64,000 nt of DNA from a virus (lineage: Duplodnaviria; Caudoviricetes): the IMG/VR virus record IMGVR_UViG_2718218393_000006, positions 1 to 64,000 of that record; one strand, given 5' to 3'. Below, in pieces: positions 28,423-38,776 of the stretch. The position numbers were made by a program, and so were the translations under genes. Position 1 is the stretch's first letter. Each line of letters begins with the position of its first letter. Below the pieces are notes generated by a model. The model saw only the letters and a list, made by a program, of their open reading frames with translations, was not told the DNA's origin and searched no databases.

Positions 28423-29904
28423 TTACAGACGGTACTGCACTGCGGCAGCGAAGGTGACGAACTGATTGACCAGGTTGGGCGGCAGCACGGCGTTGACGCG
28501 GTCCACGTCAGCGTCGCTGCGCATCACGATCAGGTCCTTCTTGAACTGCTCGGTGTCTTCCACGATGCCGGCGAATTCCAGCTCGCGGTGCAGGGCGATC
28601 AGCTCGGCCCGGATGATGGACGGCGTAACCAGTGCCTGGCCGGGAGACACGTTGATGCCGTCGTTGGCCAGCTTGTGGCGTGGAAAACGCAGGGCGATGC
28701 GGCTGCGCACGGCGTAGCGGTAGTAGTCGGCCGTCCACTTGGTTTCCAGGCGCAGCAGGCTTTCGTCATCCATGCCGAATGGCGATTTCTGGTAGGTGGT
28801 GATCACCCGTTCCAGGATGATCTTGCCGCCGCTGTCCGCCACGGTGGAGCTGATGCCGTCGCGCAGCAGCAGCTCGCGCTCGTTGCGGCTGAACCGATCC
28901 TTGAGCCGCGGCGCCAGCACGCCGGGCACTTCCACCGCGCGCAGCGGCAGCGCGGGGTCGATCGCGCCGTGGAATTCGCACACGCCGGCCCAGGCGGCGG
29001 CGCGCACCGGCGCCCAGGTGGGGCAGCCCTTCAGGCCCCAGGCGCTGACATGGGGGCTGTTGCGGGCCGCGCCCCAGGTGGTGAGCTGGGCGTGGGTGCC
29101 GTCTCGCGCGGCAAACACGTGGCCGGTGCGCATGTTCATGCCGCCCCAGCGGCCGTCCATGTCGGCCTCCAGCGATGCCAGGCTGGCGCTATCGCTGTAG
29201 GCGCTGACGATGCTGTAGAACCAGTCCTCCGCCACGGTCGCCAGCGCCGCGCCCACGTCCGGGTTGCCAGTGCCGCCGGCGAGATTGGCGCAGACGGCGG
29301 TGACGCCTTCTGGTAGCGCGTCCTCGTCGTAGTAGGCCGCGGCCAGTTCCATGCCGTTGCCGGCGTCGCCCTTGTGGCGGCAGGCCACGGAGACCACGCC
29401 GGCGGCGGCGCTGGCGGTCACGGGCAGGTCCGCGTTGGCGTTGATGGCGTCGGCCAGCTTGGCGGCCAGGGCGGCGTTGGTGTCGCCGATACTGGCAGCG
29501 GCTCGCACCCGCTCGCCGCCAATCCAGGCGGTGAGCACGCCGGGCTTGGTGACGGCGCCGGTCAGGGTGATGGTGCCTTTCGCCGCCACGCCGGCGTCCA
29601 AATCATCCAGCGCCACGGCGTAGACGTCGATCAGGCCGTAGCGCGCCTTCACCGCGTCCAGGGCGCGCGCCATGGCGTGCAGCATGGAACCGCGGCCAAA
29701 CTGGGTGGCGGCGTCGTCGGCGTTGAGGATGCGGGACGGGACCAGCGCGGCGGTTTTGCCGGCCGGCAGGCGCTGGCCCAGCACCAGCAGCTTGCGCTCC
29801 ATCTGCGGCAGGCCGCGCACGGCCTTGGTGTGGTCGATCTCCACGTAAACGCCGCCGGTGCGGACGCCCACGGGGATGGACATATAGGTGATGTTGTCGG
29901 GCAT
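28423..29904 (-). CDS. Tail sheath protein (Mu gpL-like)
   Basis: GVYVEID, FGRGSMLH, IDPALP, ERVITTYQ motifs. Confidence 0.93.
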   Translation of the reverse strand: MPDNITYMSIPVGVRTGGVYVEIDHTKAVRGLPQMERKLLVLGQRLPAGKTAALVPSRILNADDAATQFGRGSMLHAMARALDAVKARYGLIDVYAVALDDLDAGVAAKGTITLTGAVTKPGVLTAWIGGERVRAAASIGDTNAALAAKLADAINANADLPVTASAAAGVVSVACRHKGDAGNGMELAAAYYDEDALPEGVTAVCANLAGGTGNPDVGAALATVAEDWFYSIVSAYSDSASLASLEADMDGRWGGMNMRTGHVFAARDGTHAQLTTWGAARNSPHVSAWGLKGCPTWAPVRAAAWAGVCEFHGAIDPALPLRAVEVPGVLAPRLKDRFSRNERELLLRDGISSTVADSGGKIILERVITTYQKSPFGMDDESLLRLETKWTADYYRYAVRSRIALRFPRHKLANDGINVSPGQALVTPSIIRAELIALHRELEFAGIVEDTEQFKKDLIVMRSDADVDRVNAVLPPNLVNQFVTFAAAVQYRL

Positions 29905-29907
29905 GGC

Positions 29908-30105
29908 TTATGCCTCCGCTTTCTGTTTCGCCGGCTTGGCCGGTTCGGGCTGCGCTTCCACGGCGTCGCCATCGGCGATGCGGCGGCGGTAGTAGGCGGT
30001 GAGCGGCACGGGCTGGCCAGCGGCCGGCAGGTAGCCGCTGCCGTCCTCCAGCCGCACCAGCAGGCCGTCAGCCGCCGGTTTCAGGTTGACCATGATCGGG
30101 TCCAT
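29908..30105 (-). CDS. DUF2635-like small tail protein
   Basis: KPA.GL.VR...YYRRRIADGD; lies before the sheath. Confidence 0.75.
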   Translation of the reverse strand: MDPIMVNLKPAADGLLVRLEDGSGYLPAAGQPVPLTAYYRRRIADGDAVEAQPEPAKPAKQKAEA

Positions 30106-30679
30106 GATGCTGGGTCTCCAGGGTGAGTTCCGGCCGGCTGGCGCTGTAGTCGCCGTGCAGCCATTTGTTGTGCTCTTCGCGGGTTTCGTGCGGCGCCAGG
30201 TCCACGTCCATGTGGGCGCGCAGCAGGCGGCCGGGCTGTTGGTTGGGCGGGTAGGTTTCGCTATCCGGCGCGTCGGCCTCGTCCAGCGGGCCCATGTCCA
30301 GCTCCAGGGCCACCCAGCCGAAGGGGAATTCCAGTTGGCTGGAAAACCGCGCGCTGCGCAGTGTCAGCCGCGGCACGGCCGGGCCGGGGTTGCGCAGCCA
30401 GGCGCGCAGCTGGCCATACAGCGCCAGCTCGGCCGACTCCACGTCATGCGGCTGGCTGACGTGCTTGCGCACCTGCAGCTGGCCCACCACGCGCAGCCGC
30501 AGCGTGCTGTCCCAGTCGCCGGGCTCTATCTCCGGCAACAGCGCCGTCACCACGCCCTGCTCCAGCTCCGCCGGCTGGCGCTGCGGGTGGTCCACGAAGG
30601 ACGCGGAATGGAGGCGATCCGGCAGCGCGGCGGCCAGGCTGGCCCGCAGCGCGCCCATGGCGCGGCTGATGGCGGTCAC
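30068..30679 (-). CDS. Putative tail completion protein
   Basis: Synteny only. Confidence 0.55.
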   Translation of the reverse strand: MTAISRAMGALRASLAAALPDRLHSASFVDHPQRQPAELEQGVVTALLPEIEPGDWDSTLRLRVVGQLQVRKHVSQPHDVESAELALYGQLRAWLRNPGPAVPRLTLRSARFSSQLEFPFGWVALELDMGPLDEADAPDSETYPPNQQPGRLLRAHMDVDLAPHETREEHNKWLHGDYSASRPELTLETQHHGPDHGQPETGG

Positions 30680-30954
30680 TTGGCGCGCCCCTGCTGGTAC
30701 AGCCGCTCCAGCATCTGCGCCAACTTGGCGTCAATGTCCTTCAGGGTTCCGCGCACCTCGGACAGGCGTTCGTCCTGCTGGCGATCGATTAGCGCTTGCT
30801 GCACCTGTTTTTCTTCCAGCACGGTGAGCCGGCGGTCCAGCGTGAGCATGAAGCCGGCTAGGGTGCCCACCAGCGCCAGGGTGGTGAGCACATCGCCCAG
30901 ATTGATGCGCTTGTCGAACCGCCAGCCGCCGGCGCGTTCGCTATCACTGGCCAT
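30676..30954 (-). CDS. Single-TM coiled-coil lysis-region protein
   Basis: One TM followed by a coiled coil; next to holin and endolysin. Confidence 0.6.
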   Translation of the reverse strand: MASDSERAGGWRFDKRINLGDVLTTLALVGTLAGFMLTLDRRLTVLEEKQVQQALIDRQQDERLSEVRGTLKDIDAKLAQMLERLYQQGRAK

Positions 30955-31147
30955 CGCGCCCTCCCTTGCCGTCCGGCAGCAGCACGCCCACCAGGCCGGC
31001 GAGCCCCAGCCCGGCGGTGACGATGGTTTCCTGCAGCTGCGGCGACAGCCCCAGGCCGGCGGAGGTGGCCAGCAGCAAAACGCCGCGCCAGGTGCTGGCT
31101 TCTTGGGCGCGGGAGAGCAGATATGAGCGGAGAAGTTGCCAGGCCAT
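30944..31147 (-). CDS. Putative holin
   Basis: 67 aa, two hydrophobic segments, EASTWRG motif, adjacent to the endolysin. Confidence 0.65.
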   Translation of the reverse strand: MAWQLLRSYLLSRAQEASTWRGVLLLATSAGLGLSPQLQETIVTAGLGLAGLVGVLLPDGKGGRDGQ

Positions 31148-31554
31148 CACAGGTATCCTTTTTTCAGTTCGAAGTGGGGAAACTCCCGGAACGGCGCGCC
31201 GGGGCGGCCGTACCAGTTCAAGCCCAGCTCCATGCCGATGCGGCCGGCGGTTTGCCAGGCGGGGTGCTTGTCGTCCCACATGGGTTTGCCGTTCACCAGC
31301 GGGACGATGTCGAAGGCGCGCGCCGCCGGTTTGCCGGCGATCACGGCGTTGTGGGCGCTTTGCCCGGCTCGCGCATTGGTGACACGGGCGCCAGGCTGTG
31401 TGCGGCCTTGGGCGTAGAGCGCGGCCTGTTCCGCGTCGCTGCGCCAGGTGCAGGTGATCAGCACGTCCAGGCCGGCGGCCTTGCAGCGGTCCAGAAACTG
31501 GCGCGCCAGCGGCTGGAGGTCGGGGTGGAGGTCTTCAAGTTTTCTGCTGGGCAT
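31147..31554 (-). CDS. Endolysin, M15 (L-Ala-D-Glu) peptidase
   Basis: LHP...RS..EQ..LYAQGRT...SAHN...AFD...EFPHFE. Confidence 0.9.
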   Translation of the reverse strand: MPSRKLEDLHPDLQPLARQFLDRCKAAGLDVLITCTWRSDAEQAALYAQGRTQPGARVTNARAGQSAHNAVIAGKPAARAFDIVPLVNGKPMWDDKHPAWQTAGRIGMELGLNWYGRPGAPFREFPHFELKKGYL

Positions 31555-31555
31555 T

Positions 31556-32095
31556 TCAGGCTCCGTAACGGCTCGATACGCCGGCGCTGTGGCCGCGCAC
31601 GCCCAGGGCGGCGCGCACGCCGGCCGCCGCGCCTTCGCGCAGCAGCTCGGCCAGCCGGCTTTGTGATTGGTTGAATGCGGGCTCCAGGAAGGGCTGCGCC
31701 TGGGTGCCGTGATCGCGGATGTAGCGCGCCAGGCCGTAGGCGCGGCGGCGGGCGTCGCGCTCGGCCAGCGCGTGCTTGATGCGCAGCCACTCGGCCAGCG
31801 GCCGGATGGGCGGCAGGCCGCGGTAGCCCCCGGGGGTGCCTTCTTCCACATAGCGGGCGTAGCGCACGCCGGCGGCCACGTCCCGCGCCATGGGAAACGG
31901 GCGGCTGACATGCATGGACTGCGCCAGCGTGGAAAAGCCGATGCTGCGGTTCTTGCGCAGCACGCGCTGGGCCTCCCGCGCCAGGTACAAGCCGGCGCGG
32001 CCCACGTAGCGGTCCATGCTGGCGGCCATGGCGCGCGGCGCGGCTTCAAACGCCTTGCGCACCAGCGCGTCGTCCACCACCACCCAGCCTTTCAT
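31556..32095 (-). CDS. HK97 gp10-like neck/tail completion protein
   Basis: YARYVEEGT...AQPFLEPA motif. Confidence 0.75.
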   Translation of the reverse strand: MKGWVVVDDALVRKAFEAAPRAMAASMDRYVGRAGLYLAREAQRVLRKNRSIGFSTLAQSMHVSRPFPMARDVAAGVRYARYVEEGTPGGYRGLPPIRPLAEWLRIKHALAERDARRRAYGLARYIRDHGTQAQPFLEPAFNQSQSRLAELLREGAAAGVRAALGVRGHSAGVSSRYGA

Positions 32096-32718
32096 TGGCA
32101 CACCCTCCGCTCAAACTCTTCCATCAGCACGGTGTGCAGATAGGACGGCGTGCCGTTGCGCGGGGTGGCGCTGATGCCGTCGCGCACCTGATAGGGCTTG
32201 ATGGTGTTGGAGATGGACAGCTCGCGCATGGCCTCGGCCTGGGCGCGCAGCAGCACCAGCGGCGCGTCCCCGGCCGGGAGGGTGCCGCCCTGCTCGTCCA
32301 GCGTGTGGCGCGCGCGGTAGCGGTAGCTGGCGGCGCTGCCCAGCAGGCCGATCTGGCGCGCGGACGGCGCCGGCATCAGGTACAGCACGCGGCGGTCGCC
32401 GTCGCGGCTGACGCGCATGTCCGGCAGGCGGCCCGGCCAGCCGTCCGCCCACACCGGCAGGCGCGCCTTGTCCGCCCGGCCCCAGTCAAACGCCTGCACC
32501 GCCACCAGATCCGCCGGGCAGTCGTACACAATGCGCTCGGCCTCCAGCTGCAGGCGGCCCAGCACGATCAGCGGCCGGCGGCGGCTGTAGTCGTCCAGCG
32601 CCACCTGCAGCAGGCGCTGGAACTGCGCCAGGCTGCCCCGCTCCGGTTCGCGGTCGAACTCCTCCGCGGCGCCCAGCAGGCTGTCGCGCAAGGCCGTGGC
32701 CAGGGCGGACAGGGTCAT
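32092..32718 (-). CDS. Putative head-tail adaptor
   Basis: Synteny. Confidence 0.55.
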   Translation of the reverse strand: MTLSALATALRDSLLGAAEEFDREPERGSLAQFQRLLQVALDDYSRRRPLIVLGRLQLEAERIVYDCPADLVAVQAFDWGRADKARLPVWADGWPGRLPDMRVSRDGDRRVLYLMPAPSARQIGLLGSAASYRYRARHTLDEQGGTLPAGDAPLVLLRAQAEAMRELSISNTIKPYQVRDGISATPRNGTPSYLHTVLMEEFERRVCQ

Positions 32719-33155
32719 TTCTTCTTGCCCTTGGCCGCGGCGGTTTCGGCGGCGTCCGCGCCTGCGGCCTGGAGCTCGCCGCTGAGCTCGTCGTCCTGTT
32801 CGTCCGAGCGCGCGCCGGGCAGGCCCAGCGCCTCGCTGGCCGCGGTGAGCAGGCGCTCGGACACGGCGGACAGCACGTCCTTGCGGCGGCCTTCGGCCTG
32901 TTCGCGTTCGCCCAGCAGTTCCAGATCCTCGCGCGCCAGCACGGGGATGGCGGACAGCAGCTCATGCAGCGAGCCGGCCAGCAGCGAGTCCACGATGTGC
33001 ACGGGAGCGACGTCGTCCAGCGCCAGCTCCGCCGCGGCGTAGCCGGGCAGCATGGTGGCGTCCACCTCGCGGGTTTCGCCGGGCGGAATCAGCTGGGTGC
33101 CGACGGTTTTGTAGTGTTCGCTGTCGTTGTAGAAGGGGATTTTCATCTGTCGCAT
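32715..33155 (-). CDS. Hypothetical head-region protein
   Basis: Follows the capsid gene; E..G.RKDVL helical motif. Confidence 0.6.
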   Translation of the reverse strand: MRQMKIPFYNDSEHYKTVGTQLIPPGETREVDATMLPGYAAAELALDDVAPVHIVDSLLAGSLHELLSAIPVLAREDLELLGEREQAEGRRKDVLSAVSERLLTAASEALGLPGARSDEQDDELSGELQAAGADAAETAAAKGKKK

Positions 33156-33191
33156 CCGGTGATGCGGCCCGCCGGCGGCGGGCCGGCTGGG

Positions 33192-35759
33192 TTACAGGGC
33201 CGCGCGGGCGGCGCTGGAGTACACGATTACGCTGGTGAAGCGGTTGCGCACCACGCGCGGCACGGCGATGGCGTTGTATTCCTCGCCGTAGGCCTGCTTC
33301 TGGCCAATGGGGTGGCCGTCCGCGCCCACCATTTCGAACGGCTCGCCGGTGACGAAGGGCTTGGCGATGGTGTAGCCCAGCACGTTGCGCTGGCCCATCA
33401 GGATGCGCTCGTCGCCCAGGTCCACGCCCGGCGCGTTGGTGCCGAAGGCCGGCAGGTCTTTGATGCGGGCCAGATCGCCCTGGCTGTTGGTGTCGCTGCC
33501 GTCGCGCTTCTGGCTCACCACAAACTGCTCGGCGTTGGTGGCGGTGTCGTTCAGCGTGGGCGACATCAGCAGGAAGTCCGGCGCGATATAACGCTGGCCG
33601 CGCATCATGGCCTTGCGGTTGCCCACCTTCTGCAGCAGGCCGTTCAGCCATTTCTCTTGCGACACGCCGCCTTGCGGGTCCAGGTCGAACTTGGTGACGT
33701 TGGTGGCCACCGAGTAGCTGATGGCGTTGGTGCCGGTGGCGGCCGGGGCCACGGGCTGGCCGGCCTGGTCCACAAACTGCAGCGTGCCCAGGTTGAAGCT
33801 GAGCACCCGCCAGTAAGTGCCGGCCGGCTGCTTGCCGCTGCCGTCCCACTGCTTGATCTGCACGCTGTTCAGCGTGACGGTGATGGGGTTTTCCGGCAGG
33901 CCCACCGCGGCGCCCTGCAGGTCTCGCGCCTGGAAGGGGCGCACCACCGGCCACTGCGCCAGCTTGATCAGCGATTTGCCGCTGCCCAGCTGGGCAGCGA
34001 TGTTTTCGTTGCTCACCGACACGGCCAGATAGCTGTCCGCCGAGCGCTGCAGCTCGTTGCAGATGCGGCGCGCCACCAGCTCGCGCAGCACGCGGGCGTT
34101 GCTCTCGATGTTGCGGCCCAGCGCGTCCCAGTTCAGCGCGGAAGCGCGGGTGAAGAACTGCACTTCGTTGGTGATGGACAGCGCCAGCTTCATCGGGGTG
34201 ATGGACACGGTTTCCATCGCCTGGCGGATGCCGGCGTAAGGGATGGACTGGCCTTCGTAGACGATGCCTTCGTTCACCACCTGGCTGACGTCGCGCATCT
34301 CGTAAGGAATTTGCGTGGTGGCGGCGCCGGAAAAGTCGGTCAGCGTCTGCACCAGGGACAACACGTTGAGGTCGGACAACGCCTCGCGAATCACCTCGCG
34401 CTGTACGCCCAGCGGCAGCGCGGTGTTGCCCATGTCCACCGTGCCCTGCCCTTGCGCCAGCGCGCGGTATTCGGTTTCCAGCTGCGGCGCGTACATCCTG
34501 TCCAGCTGCGCCAACACCTTCTGGCAAAACGGCGGCAGTGTCTGCTTGGCGTCCAGGTGCAGCTGGCCGGCGGCGGACGACTTGGCCAGGTTCTCGCGGT
34601 AGAACTCAGACAGCTTCTTCACGCCGTCGGCGATCACCGTGATCTGCGGCGAGCCGGCCGGGGCGTAGCCCAGCGCAGACAGCTGGCGGGCGGCGGCCAG
34701 CTCGTTGGCGTGCTGGATCTGCATCTGCGCCAGCGCGCGCACCTGGTCGTCGGTGGTGTCGGCGGTGATCACGCCGGCGGCGGCCTCGGCAAGCGCCTTC
34801 TTGGCGGCATCGTCCAGGCCGGTGGCGGCATTGATGGTTTCCGCCAGCAGCTTGCGCTTGCCTTCGGTGATTTCGGCCAGCTGCTTGGCGGCGGTGTCCC
34901 GCTCGGCCAGCGCCTTGGCCACGGCCGCGCCGACGTCGGCCTGGTTCACGCTACCGCCGACGGACAGCTGGATCACCGGCGCCGGGCCGTTCGCCGGCAG
35001 CTTGGCCAGCTGCTCGGACAGCTGGATAGCCGCCTGCTCCAGCTGCTCGCACAGCTGCTTGGCCTGGGCTTCGTCGGTGATGCCTTCCAGCTGGGCCTCG
35101 GCCAGCGTTTTGACGGCGGCCACCGCCTGCTCGGACAGTTTGCGCGCGGCCAGGGCCTCCAGCAGCGCCTTCAGATACTTGTTCATCGTGGTTTTCGCCT
35201 CGGAAAGGAGAGTTCGCGCCAGCTCCGGGTGGAGCAGCAATGGGATGTCCGCGCCGGAATCGCACGACAGCGTGACGGGGTCCAGGCGCTTGATCACCGG
35301 ACGCACGGTGAGGCCTGCACCCAACAGGACGGGGCCGTGGAGCCGGCCCTGTTCGTTGTCCTGCCAGTTTTCGGAGAATTCAGCGGAGAGATAACGGAAG
35401 CCGCGGGCCTTGACCGCGTCGCGGCCAAAGTCGGTCCACTCCACCAGCGCGCGCAGCCGGCCGCCCTCCACCGCCAGCTTGCAGATCTTGGCGGCGGCGC
35501 CGTCACCGGGCTGGTGGTTCACGTCCAGGAAGATGTCCGTGCCCACCACGCCAGCGTCAAAGTTGCGGACCATGGCCAGCAGCATGTCGCGGGAGATCTC
35601 GAAGCGCCCATAGCGCGGATCGGAAAACGAGCCCTCCCGGGTGAGCGTCACCCAGCTGGTGGGTTTGGCGTCCGGCACATCGGCCATGCCGGCCAGCAAC
35701 CGGACCACTTGGCCCGGCTGGGGGTTTTCAGAGAGTTGGAAGTGTCGGGGTGCTTGCAT
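33192..35759 (-). CDS. Fused prohead protease-scaffold-major capsid protein (855 aa)
   Basis: Mu gpI-like protease N-terminus (LDVNH, VEWT..G, FRYLSAEF, GAGLTVRP); Ala/Glu/Lys helical linker; capsid-like C-terminal half. Confidence 0.8.
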   Translation of the reverse strand: MQAPRHFQLSENPQPGQVVRLLAGMADVPDAKPTSWVTLTREGSFSDPRYGRFEISRDMLLAMVRNFDAGVVGTDIFLDVNHQPGDGAAAKICKLAVEGGRLRALVEWTDFGRDAVKARGFRYLSAEFSENWQDNEQGRLHGPVLLGAGLTVRPVIKRLDPVTLSCDSGADIPLLLHPELARTLLSEAKTTMNKYLKALLEALAARKLSEQAVAAVKTLAEAQLEGITDEAQAKQLCEQLEQAAIQLSEQLAKLPANGPAPVIQLSVGGSVNQADVGAAVAKALAERDTAAKQLAEITEGKRKLLAETINAATGLDDAAKKALAEAAAGVITADTTDDQVRALAQMQIQHANELAAARQLSALGYAPAGSPQITVIADGVKKLSEFYRENLAKSSAAGQLHLDAKQTLPPFCQKVLAQLDRMYAPQLETEYRALAQGQGTVDMGNTALPLGVQREVIREALSDLNVLSLVQTLTDFSGAATTQIPYEMRDVSQVVNEGIVYEGQSIPYAGIRQAMETVSITPMKLALSITNEVQFFTRASALNWDALGRNIESNARVLRELVARRICNELQRSADSYLAVSVSNENIAAQLGSGKSLIKLAQWPVVRPFQARDLQGAAVGLPENPITVTLNSVQIKQWDGSGKQPAGTYWRVLSFNLGTLQFVDQAGQPVAPAATGTNAISYSVATNVTKFDLDPQGGVSQEKWLNGLLQKVGNRKAMMRGQRYIAPDFLLMSPTLNDTATNAEQFVVSQKRDGSDTNSQGDLARIKDLPAFGTNAPGVDLGDERILMGQRNVLGYTIAKPFVTGEPFEMVGADGHPIGQKQAYGEEYNAIAVPRVVRNRFTSVIVYSSAARAAL

Positions 35760-35799
35760 CGCCTACCTGCCAGAAACGCGCGGATGCGCGGTTTCTAGC

Positions 35800-35839
35800 A
35801 GGGTAAGCATGGGGGGATGGTGGGATAAGGGGGGGAATT
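35800..35839 (-). promoter_or_regulatory. Late-promoter-like motif copy 2 (CCCCTTATCCCACC + TACCCT)
   Basis: Same motif and 13-nt spacing as copy 1. Confidence 0.6.
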
Positions 35840-35887
35840 GGACGGAAATGGCTGGAGCACCAACGACATATCCGCCCTACTCTGGAG

Positions 35888-36832
35888 TCAATTTACGCTA
35901 TCCGGCTTTTCTTCTAACACAGCAGGGGCAATCTCACCTGAGTTATGAACTGAATTAGAGACACTATATCGACGCCTACTCAATGCCATCCCCCACATTG
36001 CACCAATAGCTTTAGCCTGGCTCGGCTCGAAACTTTCATCTGCCGGATATGATTTGGGATGCTTTCGCTTTTCCACCCACTTAAAAATATAGTACACAGC
36101 AAACATAAGCGGGATTACAATACCAAAAGCCAACATTCTCTTCAGCGCCTCAGGTACTTCACCGGGGTTTACAAACAATGTATCCCACGAATAATCCCTC
36201 AACAGCCAAACAACCCCTACAATAAGCGATATAGGGCAAAGAATCAGCATCGCCAACAAGAAAATTATTCCAATCCACTCACCAATGGGAAGCACTCCAT
36301 CATCGATATAAAAAGAAAAATCCTTATCCTGGCCAAAAATCCTTCCGCCAGCAGACAACTTCTTCTTGGGATAACCCTCTACAAAGAAGCCAATCTCCGC
36401 CCACTCACCTGCATTCACGCATTCGAAATCCAATTCAAATTTATTATTTTCCCTGGCAGAAACAGCAAGCCCAATTTCGCACCCATCCTTAAAAAAAACA
36501 GGTTCTCCCAACACTCCAACCTCGTCAGGAATCTTAATAAACAAAGGAGACTCCTTACTTATATCCTGCCTTACAACACAATCCTTCCCTCTATTCCAAA
36601 TTCTGACGCATATAAAATAAACATCACTAAGCTTCCTACCCGTTCTGTCTAAAACGTCAAATGGGCAAGCAGTGGCCGCCTCAATAATTATTCCGCGATT
36701 CATTACCTCAGCAACTAATTCTTTCTTCCTCTCCGTTTGCTTGGCTACAATCAAACTTGCCAAATAGCCAAGAAGTGCTCCCACAAACAAAAAAATGATA
36801 TCCCTTGTAAGTAAGCTCAGAATCCATTTCAT
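35888..36832 (-). CDS. Membrane protein (N-terminal TM, soluble beta-rich domain, 2 further TMs)
   Basis: Hydropathy by eye; low GC; downstream of the SIR2 gene. Confidence 0.75.
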   Translation of the reverse strand: MKWILSLLTRDIIFLFVGALLGYLASLIVAKQTERKKELVAEVMNRGIIIEAATACPFDVLDRTGRKLSDVYFICVRIWNRGKDCVVRQDISKESPLFIKIPDEVGVLGEPVFFKDGCEIGLAVSARENNKFELDFECVNAGEWAEIGFFVEGYPKKKLSAGGRIFGQDKDFSFYIDDGVLPIGEWIGIIFLLAMLILCPISLIVGVVWLLRDYSWDTLFVNPGEVPEALKRMLAFGIVIPLMFAVYYIFKWVEKRKHPKSYPADESFEPSQAKAIGAMWGMALSRRRYSVSNSVHNSGEIAPAVLEEKPDSVN

Positions 36833-36935
36833 ACGCTCTCCACCAACTTATATAATTAAAAACTATTAAACAAGTCTTTCTGCTATCGGCTTCGTGCTTA
36901 GCCTTATCAAATGTCAAGAAGCATCTATTACGCGA

Positions 36936-38714
36936 CTACCAAAGCATTCGCCCACATGCCCTCTTAAAGTTCTCCAAAAACAAATCCAGTTTCCTACTAT
37001 GGCCATCAGCAAATTCAGCCGACAATATCTGCGCCCTCCACCCATCAGCCTCCAACGCCTTAATTAAGCCATTATGAACAGTACCATTCCATCCAACACG
37101 CCCAAGAGGCATCCCCGCAAAGATTTGGCCATTTGATTTTTGATAGGCGCTTTCCAACTCAAGCAATTCATTCTCTTCAAAATAAGCTAGAGAACCCAGC
37201 ATTTCAAACCTGCCAAACAATACCTCAAAATTCAAATCAACCCCAACAAGTCCATTTTTCCAGGAGGAAAATAAATCATACAAATGATCGCTCAATGGCG
37301 TTCTTCGCTTCTCAAGCCCTTCCAACTCACGCCACAAGCCAGTGTTATTGTTCCAAGCCTCTAGAAATAACGACCTAACAACGAGCTGCGCATCCCTGCC
37401 ATCAAAAACAACCTTCTCACGAAAAAGCTTGTGAAGCTCACCCCACTTTTCAGCCCGAACCAATCCCAGCCCATAACCATAAAAAAACAGCACCGCCGGA
37501 TAAAGCCTTAAGTTCAACCAAACTGTATTCCCACCGTTATTCTTTGACCCTGTAGAAACCAAATTTTTCAATATTTCCAGCGCCCACAATCGATGCTCAT
37601 CACGCCCCCACCTCCCGAGCATCAAACCAATCTTCACAACTCCTTCTGCAGAAGACTCGTAAAATGAAACTCGCCTATTAAACTCTTCTTTACTCCATGC
37701 CTGCATAGCTGAAAGATCACTTGAATTAATATTATTCGACAGGTGCCCCAGCTCACCGGATACAATATCGTCAAGTTGAATAAAACTATCTTGCTTTGGA
37801 AGAGCTCTCTTAACCATATCAATCAGCAGATTGATCTTTATTGGATTTTCTTGCCTGGAAAGATTGAGAATCTCCACTTTCTTTGCAATGCTGCCAAAAA
37901 ACTCATCTGCCCCATCAATTTGAATCTCTATTGCTCTTCTATGGTTTATTAGCTCTTTAGCACCATCACCGACTCTTCCCCTAGACGCCCAAAAAACTGG
38001 GTAGCGTCTAGCTGGCACTCTGAGGATCGCCGCACGTAAAGCATGATCCCATTCACCAGACCAGCCACAGACAATCAAACCATGTTCGTCAAAAATCCTA
38101 TTAAGGAGCACACCATACTCTTCAGGGTAAGCACTCAATTCTTCATCTGTATTTAGAATGCGTGCATCTTTATAGTCCCCATGAATCTTGAGCAGATAAC
38201 AACGAGAGTGCGTTAGAGGCTCCGCTCCTGCAAGCGCATCCACTGAAGAAATAACCGTTGGTTCAACCCCCTTCTCACGCAGTGCATTCTCCATTAACCG
38301 GTCAAAATTGGTTGTGATGATGACTCGAACATGCCCAGACTTCACCAAATCGGCAATGGCAAGGTGTGCCGCAGTGGGCACTTTCAGGCCATCCTGTGCT
38401 TCTTGCTCTGTGGGCTCAATGTAAGAATGCAGAATCGAACGGCGTTCCTCAGGTGAAATAGCTATATCAGCCAGGAGGTCTGAATAATTCGGTTCTTTTC
38501 CTGTTTTTTCTCGATACCACTGCGCCCAATCGTCTTGCTCTTCTTCCCCTTGTGCCAAACCGATTCGCCTAACTAGATCAAGTGTGATTTCCCACCCAGT
38601 AGGGATGCTGGCAGTTCGGGAAATTCCTGAACCGATCATGACTGCATACACACCTTTGTTCTCATACAAAGAAAACGCCAGCTGGGTACGAGGATCGCTT
38701 CCAATTAGTGACAT
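36936..38714 (-). CDS. SIR2-like domain protein (putative NADase defence effector)
   Basis: IGSGISR, IITTNFDRLME, KIHGD and GWSGEWD motifs. Confidence 0.9.
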   Translation of the reverse strand: MSLIGSDPRTQLAFSLYENKGVYAVMIGSGISRTASIPTGWEITLDLVRRIGLAQGEEEQDDWAQWYREKTGKEPNYSDLLADIAISPEERRSILHSYIEPTEQEAQDGLKVPTAAHLAIADLVKSGHVRVIITTNFDRLMENALREKGVEPTVISSVDALAGAEPLTHSRCYLLKIHGDYKDARILNTDEELSAYPEEYGVLLNRIFDEHGLIVCGWSGEWDHALRAAILRVPARRYPVFWASRGRVGDGAKELINHRRAIEIQIDGADEFFGSIAKKVEILNLSRQENPIKINLLIDMVKRALPKQDSFIQLDDIVSGELGHLSNNINSSDLSAMQAWSKEEFNRRVSFYESSAEGVVKIGLMLGRWGRDEHRLWALEILKNLVSTGSKNNGGNTVWLNLRLYPAVLFFYGYGLGLVRAEKWGELHKLFREKVVFDGRDAQLVVRSLFLEAWNNNTGLWRELEGLEKRRTPLSDHLYDLFSSWKNGLVGVDLNFEVLFGRFEMLGSLAYFEENELLELESAYQKSNGQIFAGMPLGRVGWNGTVHNGLIKALEADGWRAQILSAEFADGHSRKLDLFLENFKRACGRMLW

Positions 38715-38776
38715 ATTTAGCCTCAACTCTCATGCAATAGTCATTCGACAGGAAAATCATGCCACAAAATCTGTCA

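Noticed and set aside
12323-29904. Transposable Mu-like phage or a tailocin
   Set aside because: No transposase A/B; head, terminase and integrase are present, so it is a complete site-specific prophage
32964-35798. 944-aa plus-strand ORF and similar long antisense ORFs (e.g. 17914-19593, 39567-41174, 52382-53797)
   Set aside because: Shadow frames of GC-rich genes on the opposite strand, with no recognisable motifs
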